Below are positions 44,575 through 57,843 of a DNA stretch of 64,000 bases, piece after piece. Both the position numbers and the translations under genes were made by a program. Below the pieces are notes generated by a model. It saw only the letters and a program-made list of their open reading frames with translations. It did no database searches and had not been told where the DNA came from. Location of the stretch: assembly GCF_009914755.1 (NCBI RefSeq), contig NC_060942.1. One strand, given 5' to 3'. This stretch comes from the human T2T-CHM13v2.0 reference genome, Homo sapiens. The stretch's first letter is position 1. Every line of letters begins with the position of its first letter.

Positions 44575-46179
44575 CTCTAATTTTTAAAAATCGTTTACTT
44601 ACAGTGTCTCCTTGCTCCAAGAAGAACTATATATTCTCCTGATCCCCTTTGACTGCACAAGGACCCAGTAGTAACAATTGTCACCCAGTGCTCTCCCCTT
44701 TAGCATTCTGAACTCTGAAAATTTATAAACAAGCTGCCTTCTAACAACACCTGTCCAGTTCCTGCTTTGCTGAGTGATAGCAAGTCAATACCTTTTAAAT
44801 TGGTTCAGCATGAATAATACTAAGTCACACATTTTAGAAAACGCATTGTAGAGAATGACACCTTAAGCTAAAATAATGATTTTAGTTAAAGAAAATCCAG
44901 GCCTCTTGGCTGTGGGAATAAACTAAGTCTTAGTATTCCAAATCAGAGCACATCACTTTTACTTGCAAGTGGCTACCTCATTATGAAGCCCCTTGTGGAC
45001 AAATGTGGGTTTGTGTAAGATGAGTTGTTTAGCCTTTTATCTTTTTGTGACCGCTAAGTTGAATATAATAGCATTTTGGCTCCTATTACTGGCAAAATAG
45101 TCAATGTTTGCTCCAGGAAGTTGAACATTTCAATGATAAACATCCCAACAGTTGAATTATAAATTGGTAGCCTGCCTGGTGTGGTTGATAAGCCAGCTGG
45201 CTTATCTTGAGCCCATGACATTTGATTGTCTTTTGCCTTCCTTTGAACAAGTTATCTCTTAGCCATCTGTCTTATAAAGTGAAAATAAATAGCTGCGATT
45301 CAATCTTGCACTGTAATGTATTGTTTTTCTCAGCAAGTCATCATGAAACTCATGAATGATATACGGGTAAACACAGCATAAACACAGGTCATGGTGTCTG
45401 ATATGACCTTTAAGATGTTAAACTTAGAGGTGATTTATGGAGACTGAATACTACATCGTATTAACTTTTCATTGCTCAGCACCTTAAATATCCTCTTGGC
45501 TAACAAGTGAAGTGGTTTCTGTTCATTGCACCTGAATTTTCCTCCACAGCCCCGGAGCTTGCTTTGAAGGAGAACAAGAGCCCTGTGCGGATGAAGAGAG
45601 ATGAATTGAATAGTAAGGCAAGAGCAGACTGTGGGATGGGAGATTTCATCGGGTCGCTCATTTACTTGTTCTGTACAGTTGTTCCTACAGAAGACAGAAT
45701 GAAAGGGCACTCCTGTGTCAGATAACCATGCTTGAGCTTCACGTTTCAGGCAGGAAGCAATGGATATATGTCCCTGAAATCAATTCAATTGATTATTTGC
45801 TAAGTTTTCATGAATACTAAAAAGGAAAGGTCGGCTGACATAAAAAATGCAGTGCAATGGTTCCCTCAGGGGCTGGGCACTGGTGAGGTCTGCATTATTG
45901 CTTTTTGATCTTCCATTTATCCTTTTCTGAATATGAATAAAATATACTTTGAGATTTAGTTTAAAATTAAGGAAAATTAATGATCCCCTTTGAAAATCAG
46001 TCTCTGCTATGCTATTAGTCTTTAAGAAAGTTAAGAAACCTTTCAAACTTTAATTTAATTAGGAGTCTACCACTCCCTCTCTCTTTCTCACTCTTAAATT
46101 GTATAGATTTTTCCAGGGGGAAACACCCTGATTTTCATTGCATTGTTTTCAGCATGCACTTTGTAGGTGTAGCTCAGTG

Positions 46180-48072
<1,893 letters not shown>

Positions 48073-48280
48073 GTATGCCTCTGTCATTGACAGGAAGACG
48101 AGCAAGGATAAATTACTTAACCTCGGGTTTTTTTCATTAGTAAAGTAGAGATATTAACGTGTGCCTAACTTCGGTTTAAACACAACACTTAAATTTGGGT
48201 CATTGCAAGAATGAAAGGAGTATGTGAAATCACTGTAGAACATTGTAGAATCCTGTGTAAAGCAGTTATTTTTATTCATT
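48073..48280 (+). mobile_element. MIR 3' portion
   Basis: 'gcctctgtcattgac...aaattacttaacctc...tcattagtaaagtagagatattaa...tgtgaaatcact'. Confidence 0.55.
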
Positions 48281-50159
48281 AGTCCATAATATCACTGACC
48301 ATAGAGATGGTAGTGATGTCTTTCTATCCTGATTTGTCTCTCTTCACTGGTACTGATGGATGGGGCCAAGCTTGCAGTAGATGAGTTCTTCACTGTGTTT
48401 CTTACCTGGATTTTGAAGATCCTGAAATACAGAAATATTGTTTAGAAACAATAAACATTTTCTCTGGGTCTAATACTTTTTTTTTACATGAATGTACTTA
48501 CATCACTGAGGGGAAGTTATTGCCAGTCCTGAACATTCTAGAAAGAAGGTCAGTAAAACTCAGTGATTAAGAAAGTTTTGAAAACCTTTCCCTATAGCCA
48601 AATTGGCTTGTCACTGCCTTCTGAAATATAAGATGTGCATGTCATTTCTGCTTTTGTTCCTAACAGTTATCATTTCTCTTTTTATTTTGTATAGAATGTC
48701 TTCCCTCTCTAGTCTTTCCTTTGTTTAGAACCCAATTAAGTGCACTTTTTCTAAAAATAGACTTTTTTGATTACTTTGGCTGTCCAGTAAACACCATTCT
48801 TAAAAAGTCTTTGGTGAATGTGTAATTTACTGATTTGTATTTTTATTTACCATAATATGTGTGTATCATTTGCCTCTTAAGGTCAATTGTGAATTCTTTG
48901 GGGGAAGGAAAATGCATTGTACTCAACTGTTAGAAAATAATACTAGAATTTTATGATGACAGGATGATTAGATGAATAAGAAGGGCTACCCTAGTAAGTA
49001 CTATTTGGGAGCAAACAAAGTTAATTGGCCAGAAAGAGTTTAAAACATTTATTTAATGGAAAAAAGTTTTCAAAATCAATTTAAAGCTTGATGAATTTGA
49101 AATTAAGGAGGCAAAGTATTGACTTGGAAACCGCTGATGTATGACCAAGAGTGTTTAAAGGAAGAAGACAAAAATTTAAGTTTCATATTTAGAAAAGGAA
49201 AAATTGAGGGTAAAATTAGACCCATGAAGAGAAATCTGGTGGGTCTCTTTTAGTTGTCTTGCCTTCTATAGTCAATGCAACATAACTGTTGTATTTTTCA
49301 CATAGAAAAATGAATGTAGAACCTATATCTCTTGCAAACCACATCCTGATCTTTACAAATCGATCTGCTTCCTATACCAAAATGTTCTCCTTTTTGATGG
49401 CAGCATTTGAAGTGATTGTGTGAGGTCCTGGGAAAGAAAGAAATGCACAATTGTTGCATTATTTTATTTCATATTTAAATAGGTAGTCATCTTCTTATTT
49501 TCTTACCTCTTCTAACCAAAGTCAAAATACACAGAAAGTTGAATATACAGTTTTTGAAAAGAACAGTTGCTATTAAGATTGGCAGCTTCTGTTCTGAATG
49601 TTCTTAACAGGACTAATTCTTGCTTAGCATGTTCTTAGTCTTCCAAGTTTTTCAGACAATACTAAGACAATTTGCTTTTTCATGATAGAGATAAGTGTTA
49701 CATAAAAATGAAGTTATTGTTGTTGTCCATTCTCTGTTCTTTTAATATTATCTTACTGGTTTAGGTTGACTTGTGATTTTCTTTCCCAGTGGAATTTTCC
49801 ATTAGATTGCATTTAGAAACAATACGGGTTCTTAGACTCCAGTCAAAAATGTTCACTGCTCATGGCCACTTGTCTTCAGGCCATAAGGAAAACACAAATT
49901 GACTGCATAGACCATGAAACAATGTTCAATCACATCGGCTTTTGTAGGCTCACAGTTTAAAGAATCCTTCTTGGCCAAATTTGATAAAATGAAAGGCTTT
50001 TTACTCATAGAATCTTCGTGGCTACTTAACTCAGCTTTAGGATGCTGCGTTGGTAACAACTCACTTGCATTTATAATTTAAATGTAGTGACATAGAAAGC
50101 AGACTTTCAAATATCTGAATGTGGTTTTACAATCAAATTCTTCATCCCCATAACCTGTG

Positions 50160-50383
50160 GTATGTGATCATCCTGGCCCACCTTCACCAAGAATCCTATG
50201 AAGTCAGTTTAGCCAGAATTCCCATTACATCTGATGTTTCCTCTCAGTAATTTTCCATCCACTGACCTCACCCTCCTCCTTGGCTATAAATCTCCACTTG
50301 TCCATGCTATATTTGAATTGAACCTGGTTTTCTTTCTCCTTTGCAATTGTTCCTGAATAGAATCTGTGTTCACAATTTTAACC
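50160..50383 (+). mobile_element. ERV1 LTR fragment, MER31-like
   Basis: 'aagaatcctatgaagtcagtttagccagaa...ctgatgtttcctctcagtaattttccatccactgacc...ccttggctataaat'. Confidence 0.8.
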
Positions 50384-51481
50384 TTAACCTCTGTCTAGTT
50401 CTGGTTTTCTTTGCCAGGCAGGATTTCTATTTCTAGGATCTCTACATAGTGTATAAACTTGAAACAATAATTGTGGGGTTTTTTTTTTGTACTTCTTTCT
50501 TTCCATCTGTGAAAAAAAAATTAATAACTTTATACCCGAATTTTCTCTGAGAATAAGTGTAATATTTACAGGGCCTGTAGTATAAGACAGAGGCATAGTA
50601 AGGAAGAGTAAAGAGAATGGTGAACAAGAATTTATATTCCAGTGGTGATTAATTTGTCATACTTGGGATGTGTCATTATTTGCTAAGTTATGTAAGTCAA
50701 ATTATTTCCTATACATTTTTTTTATCTTTTGTAGTAAAATCTAAATATTTTATGGTGAGAGAAGACCAAAAACTCTAAACGCCGTGGCATTAGGGGCCCA
50801 GTTTATTTTGGTTAATTTTTGCATCCTTATAGCATCCAGCCCAGCAGCAGATAGATACAGAGCAGGTGATAAGCAAATATTTCTTTTTTTCCAAATATTT
50901 ATTGATTAAGCAAGTGAATAAAAGTGAAATGAACGTTCTATTCTATAAGTAATTTTTTAAAAACCTGGCTAAACTGAACTCTTGAAAAGGAGGCTAATTC
51001 AAACACTTGGTCATTTCTACTATTGTTTTAAGTAGAAAAAGCACAAACAAGTATCTAACTGAGCACCAAAGAAAAGAGCTAACAGCTTGAACAAACTTGC
51101 AAAGGAGTTGATACTCACATGTGTGCACAGGGACATTCCTAACACCTCGTTTGACTGTTCCACACAATTTTATTTCACTGGTAACAGTTTACTGAAGAAA
51201 CGGAGACAAACTTACATTAACAGAACGCTTCTCTGAGCTTGATGAAAGCATATTAACCAGACAGATAATAGCAACTTCTAGGAGCTTAGTTGCTTCCTAA
51301 CTCCTGCATAATAGAGACCTAAAGGTGAAGGTGAGAGTTTTATTTAACTATGACTATCACAGCCCACTCAGGGATACAGAATGATCACTTCCTTCATTCT
51401 ATCATTGCTTTAACTTAACAGATACCATCATTTTTCTGGCCAGTGAAAAATGTTTATTGTGTTCATCTTTTTATCTAGATT

Positions 51482-51684
51482 GGTGCTTCCCAGTAGAATT
51501 TTCGGTGCTGATAGCAATGTTCTACTGTCTCTATTATCCAACACTGTGGCCATAAGCCACGTGTGGCTTTTGAGCCTTGGAAGTGTGGCCAGTGCAACTG
51601 AGGAACTTGATTTTTAATTTAACTAATTTGAATTTAAATTAAATAGCCATATTGGCTAGTGGCTCCCATATTGGACGGGGTAGC
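51482..51684. mobile_element. MER3 (hAT-Charlie)
   Basis: 'agccacgtgtggcttttgagccttggaagtgtggccagtgcaactgaggaact...aaatagccatattggctagtggctcccatattggac'. Confidence 0.88.
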
Positions 51685-51811
51685 TTCGGACTGTAGCACC
51701 AGTGTTCTGTGGTGGTATCTGGCTTTGAGCCAGATAGAGTCAGGGTTTGAACCCAGTCCTGCTATAATATTTACAAGTTATAGGAATTTTGCCACATTCC
51801 AAGGGATGACT

Positions 51812-51837
51812 ACACACACACACACACACACACACAC
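51812..51837. repeat. (CA)n microsatellite
   Basis: About 13 units. Confidence 0.95.
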
Positions 51838-52107
51838 CTCCGTACAGCCTAAGTAGACTTACCAAGGAGTCAATGTATAAAATATGTGTCTACAATAGTT
51901 ACTGATGTATATTAGGCCAACAATGATGCTCAAAGTCCCCTCACTTTCTGGATATATTATAGATAATAATTACAGTTTCTTAAGGAATTACTTTGGGCCA
52001 AACACTCTGCTGATCACCTTCCATACTTTAAGGTTAAGCAAAGTGACCAAGGCAGCAAGTGATGAAGCCTAGATTTAAGCCCAAGGCTGAATCCAAAACC
52101 TATATGT

Positions 52108-52292
52108 TTATATATCATATATATGGGGTAATAATACATATAGTACATAATATATAATATATATACATTATAAAATATATAATTATATTTATTAAAAATA
52201 TTTTTCATATATTATAAAATATGTTTATAATATATTTTAAATATATAATACATAATTATATATAATATACATAATATGTGTGTGTATATATA

Positions 52293-52352
<60 letters not shown>
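52108..52352. repeat. AT-rich low-complexity tract ending in (TG)n and (TA)24
   Basis: Almost pure A/T; uninterrupted TA at 52305-52352. Confidence 0.95.
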
Positions 52353-52358
<6 letters not shown>

Positions 52359-54248
52359 ATTACCCCAACTTTGCCTTTTAGCTTCCTGAGTGTGGGACGA
52401 ATGGCTTATCCTTCCTCCTTGGCAGAGCACTTTGAATTTGACAGGAGCTCAACATATGTGGGTTTATCATTGGCTTATTTTGTACAGAAGGCATTGATGA
52501 ATAAGAAGGAAGATAGCATGTTGGGGGTGGCAATTCACTCCCTAGAGAGTATCAGTACAACAGTGTCTCCTTTTCACTTGTTTCAGAAGCTCAAAGAACT
52601 CAAGAGCACTGTGTGATAGGCTGCTTTTACAGAGGAGTATAAGAAGATTAGAACCTAGATTTCAATGTCTCCTGCAATGATTCACAGCAACTTGGCCAGA
52701 GACCAGTATGTAGATCTTATCCAAGACAAGCCTCAGGACATATTTCGGCATATCAACTTGCAAAAAACCCATTTCTGAGTGCTAACATCATCGTGTGTTG
52801 TCTTTTGCTACATAATTTTATTCTTATTTTGTTAAAAGACAAAATATATTTTTGATTATTTTTCTTGTCACTCTTTGATTCCTGGTATAATAATAGCAGG
52901 GGCCCTGAATCACAGAATGAGGCCTAAAGACTGACAGTTGCAGCAGAATGGGGAAATTGGTTATGCTCTGTCAGAAGAAGCATCTCATGTGATGCTGGGA
53001 GGCAGGGGCATAGTTTCACGATCATCTCTGCCAAGGTAGGCAGGAAGCTCATGTGGACTGATTCTAGCCATTGGCTCCAGCTTAGCATGGGCTTCCTGTT
53101 AAGTAGGGACAGCAATATTAACACTAGACAATGCACAAAGTATGAGGATAATGTAAGACAGATAGGTCTGTTCCTTGCAGATGGTAGGTAAGTCTTTGAC
53201 TCCGCACCAGGGAAGAATGAACTTGGGTGTAAGAGCTCATAACAGCTGCCACTCTGGGCCCTGGTCAGCTCTTTAGGCTCAGATAGAAGCCCCCACACAT
53301 GTCTAGCTGAGTAAGAACACTCTCTTTGATAAGAACAATTTTAAAAGGGGCAAATAGAACCATATTAGGGTTCTATTTTTATCTTATTTCTCAATGCCAT
53401 GACACTGTTCTGAATGCTGGATGCTTTATTGACATGAGACTGAAAAGGGAGACTCTTCTGGTGCTGACAACAAGGTGTGACTCTCAGAAACTGGCCATTC
53501 CTCAGTAGGCATGTGGCCCTGCTCTCAAAGTTGCATCAGTAAGAACGGCTCAAGATCAATTTTTCTGAAAACCTAGTCATTATTTTTTGGCAGGCAGTCT
53601 CTAAATATAATTGGCTTATCACTAAAATCCTATGTAGCAGGTTAACTCATTTAGTTACTTGGGATTACATTTTGTATTCAATTTATCTTGGAGGTACACC
53701 AAGAAGTTACCTTCACTAAAATTAGATGTCCTTTGACTGCAATCTGGAAAGAAGTTTTAAATGGTTTAAATGGGCATTTTATAACACCTGCTTTAAAAAT
53801 TCTCTAGTATAAAATACTTATTTATAAGCTCTATAATGCAAAACTTTGAGACCTTTGGTTTCAGTGGATCTGATATTGCTGTTGAGATACTTGACCTTTT
53901 CTGCCAACCTTTCCTTTACCTACCTGATGGACAAGTTTCAGAGCTTTCTATTAAAGCATAAATCCAAAACTTTTATTAAGGGATTAAAATCCTAGTCTTT
54001 TTGTTTGTGCACAAAATAAATCAATCTGTCTTTAATTAGTGCTGTAGATTATCTGCAAATGCTTTCCAAAGAGCTTTAACTCTTAGCTGTAGGATATCTT
54101 AGCTTAGATATCAGGTTAGAACATCTCTTCAAGATTACTTGAAGTGCATGTGACAATCTATTCTTATTTTTCTAAATTTTAGAACTCTGGAATCAAGTTA
54201 GACCACTAGAAAACCACATATTTAGAGAATCAGACAATAGTTTTGGCC

Positions 54249-54560
54249 TGTTTGTTTGTTTGTTTGTTTGTTTTTTGGAGACAAGAGTCTCGCTCTGCCC
54301 CCCAGCTGGAGTGTGGTAGCACCATCTTGGCTCACTGAAACTTCTGCCTCCCGAGTTCAAGCAATTCTCATGCCTCGGCCTCCCCAGTAGCTGGGATTAC
54401 AGGTGCCCACCACCATGCCCAGCTAATTTTTGTATTTTTAGTAGAGATGGGATTTCACCATGTTGGCCAAGCTGGTCTCGAACTCCTGACCTCTGGTGAT
54501 CCACCCTCCTCAGCCTCCCCAGTGTGCTGAGATTACAGGCATGAGCCACTGCACCCATCC
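54249..54560 (-). mobile_element. AluS with (GTTT)n tail
   Basis: Full antisense dimer. Confidence 0.93.
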
Positions 54561-54730
54561 TGTTTTTTTTTTTTAACTACATGTACATATTTTCTTCAGT
54601 GTTATGCATGTGACCATGTCAAGGGATGTTGTCAGAGAAATGCTATTAGGACATTTTTTTGTAGGGCCGAGGTTGTGGATTTTGTGTTCCATACACACAG
54701 TGAGACCTTCATGGGGATTCCCAGCATAAA

Positions 54731-55084
54731 TGTAGTCCTCCCTTCTCATCTGCACTTTCACATTTTGTGGTTTCAGCTTCCCGAGGCCAACTGATGTCCA
54801 ACAATATTAAGTAGAAAATTCCAGAAATAAACAATTCATACATTTTTAAATTCCCTGTTGATTTTGGGTAGTGTGGTGAAATATGCTGTCCTGCTCCATC
54901 CCACCTGGGACATGAGTCATCCTTTTGTTCAGTGTATCCTCAATGTAGATATTACCTCCCCCTGTTAGTCACTTAGTAGCTGTCTTCTTTATTGTATTGA
55001 AAAAAAATGGTGTGTAAAGAGTTCAGTGTTATCCAAAGTTTTAGTCATTCACTGAGGGACTTGGAACATATTCCCTATGGAAAA
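54731..55084. mobile_element. MER44A-like (Tigger7-derived) MITE
   Basis: 'aatattaagtagaaaattccagaaataaacaattcata' and 'gttagtcacttagtagc'. Confidence 0.88.
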
Positions 55085-55190
55085 TGTGTTGTGCAATTCT
55101 TTTTATGAAAGAATGCTGTGTTTCCTAATTCTTGATTCCTAAGGAAAACTAAATTTTTCCTGAACATTTTTTTTCTTTTGGCCGTTCATC

Positions 55191-57843
55191 TTTTTTAATT
55201 TTAATTTTTAATTTTTATGGGTACATAGTAGGTGTACATATTTATGGGATACATTATATATAATATATATAAACATTATATATATTTATTGACAAGGTCT
55301 CACTCTGTCACCCAGCTGAAGTGCAGTGGTGCTATCCTGGCTCACAGCAGGATAGTGACCTGTCAGGCTCAAGGAATCCTTCTGCCCCAGCCTCTCAAGT
55401 AGCTGGGACTACAGACACTATGCCTGGTAAATTAAAAAAAAATTATAGAGATGGGGGTCTTGCCATGTTGCCCAGACTGGTCTCAAACTCCTAGCCTCAA
55501 GTGATCCTCCTGCCTCGGCCTCCCAAAGTGCTAGGATTACAGAAGTTAGTCACCATGCTTGGCCTACATGAGATATTTTAATACAGGTATCCAACATATA
55601 ATATTCATATCAAGGCAAATGGGGTATATATCACCGAAAGCATGTATCATGTCTTTGTGTTACAAACATCCCAATTATGCACATTTATTTAAAAATGTAC
55701 AAAAAATTATTATTGACTATAGACCCTGTTGTGCTATCTAATACTAGATTTTAATCATTCTATCATACTTTTGTACCCATTAACCATCCCCACTTTCCTG
55801 CTCCCATCCCCATCACCCTTCCCAGCCTCTGTTAACCATTATTCTACTTTCTATCTCCACGAGTTCAATTGTTTTAATTTTTAGCTCCCACAAATGAGTG
55901 AGAACATGCAGTTTGTCTTCCTGTGCCCAACATATTTCATTTAACATAATGACCTCCAGTTCCATCTATGTGGTTGCAAATGACAGGATCTCATTTTTTT
56001 TTAATGGCTGAATCGTACTCCATTGTGTATATGTACCACATTTTCTTGATCCATTCATTCACTGATGGATACTTAGGTTGATTCCAAATGTTGGCTATTG
56101 GGAATAGTGCCGCAGTAAACATGGGAGGGCAGATATCTTTTAGATATGCTGATTTCCTTTCTTTTGGGTATGCACCTAGCAGTGAAATTGCTGGCCCATA
56201 TAGTAGTTCTATTATTAGTTTTTTGAGGTACTTGTACTAATTTATATTACCATCAGCAGTCTACAAGGGTTCCCTTTTCTCTACATCCTCGCCAGCATTG
56301 GTTATTTACTGTGTTTTGAATAAAAGCCATTTTAACTGGGTTGAGATGATACCCCATTGTAGTTTTGATTTGCATTTCTCTGGTGATCAATGATGTTGAG
56401 TGCCTTTTCATATACCTGTTTTCCATTTGTATGTCTTTTGAGAAATGTGTATTCAGATATTTGGTCCATTTTTAAATTGGATTATTGAATTTTTTCCTGT
56501 TGGGTTATTTGAGCTCCTCATATATTCTGGTTATTAATTCCTTGTCAGATGAATAGTTTGCAAATATTTTTCTCCTATACTTCGGGTTGTCTCTTCACTT
56601 TGTTGATTATTTCATTTGCTACTGTAGAAGCTTTTTAACTTGATGTGATCCTATTTGTTCATTTTTGCTTTGGTTGCTTATGCTTGTGGGGTATTACTCA
56701 AGAAATCTTTGTCCAGACCAATCCTGGAGAGTTTCCCCAATGTTTTCTTGTAGTAGTTTCATAGTTTGAGGTCTTAGATTTAAGTATTTAATGGATTTTG
56801 ATTTGATTTTTGTATGTGGATAGAGATAGGGATCTAGTTTCATTCTTCTGCATATGAATATCCAATTTTCCTAGCACTATTTATTGGAGAGACTCTTTCC
56901 CCAATGTATATTCTTGGCACCGTTGTCAAAAATGAGTTCATTGTAAAGGTATGGATTTCCTGCTAGGATCTCTATTTTGTTCCATTGATATATGTGTCTG
57001 TTTTTATACCAGTACCATGCTATTTTGGTTATCATAACTCTGTAGTATAATTTGAAGTCAGGTAATGTGATTTCTCCAGTGATGTTCTTTTTGCTCAGGT
57101 TGGCTTTGGCTATTCTGGGTCTTCTGGGGTTCCATATAAATTTTAAGATAGTTTTCCTATTTCTGTGAAGAATATCATTGGTATTTTGATAGGAATTGCA
57201 TTTACTCTGTAGATTTTTGGGGTAGGGATAATATGGATATTTTAACAATATTGATTCTTCCAATCCATAAACATGGAATATCTTTCTATATATTTGTGTG
57301 TCCTTTTCAATCTCTTGCATTAATGTTTTATAGTTTTCATTGCAGAGATCTTTCACCTATTTGGTTAAATTTATGCCTAGGTATTTTATTTTATTTGTAG
57401 CTGTCATAAATGGGATTACTTTCTTGATTTCTTTTTCATATTGTTCACTGTTGGCACAGAGAAGTGTTACTGATTTTTGTATGTTGACTTTGTATACTGC
57501 AACTTTACTGAATTTGTGAATAAATTCTAATAGTTTTTGGTGGAGTCTTTGGGTTTTTCCAAATACAAGGTTGTATCATCTGTAAGTAAGGATAATTTGA
57601 CTTCTTCCTTTCTGGTTTGGATGCACTTTATTTCTTTCTCTTGTCTGATTACTCTAGCTAGGATTTCTAGTATTATGTTGAATAACAGTGGTGAAAGTGG
57701 GCATCCTTGTCATGTTCCAGATACTAGAGAAAAAGTTTTCAGTTTTCCCCCATCCAGTATGATACTAGCTGTGGATCTGTCATATGTAACTTTTATTTTG
57801 TTGAGGTATATTTCTTCTATACACAGTTTTTTGAGGGTTTTCC
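55191..57843 (-). mobile_element. 5'-truncated L1MA (MA1-4-like), ~2.3 kb, interrupted by AluJ
   Basis: Antisense 3' end 'tttttatgggtacatagtaggtgtacatatttatggg'. Minus [52 protein letters not shown]. Degenerate TSD ccgttcatcttttt / ccattaattttt. Confidence 0.92.
55245..55564 (-). mobile_element. AluJ with AT-microsatellite tail inside L1MA
   Basis: 'gacaaggtctcactctgtcaccc...ggctcaaggaatcct...gcctcaagtgatcctcctgcctcggcctcccaaagtgct'; flanks share tacat. Confidence 0.9.

Noticed and set aside
52924-53298. 124-aa minus ORF, and the 132-aa (58998) and 150-aa (62953) plus ORFs
   Set aside because: No recognisable domain, composition typical of random non-coding ORFs, and 62953 overlaps a MIR.
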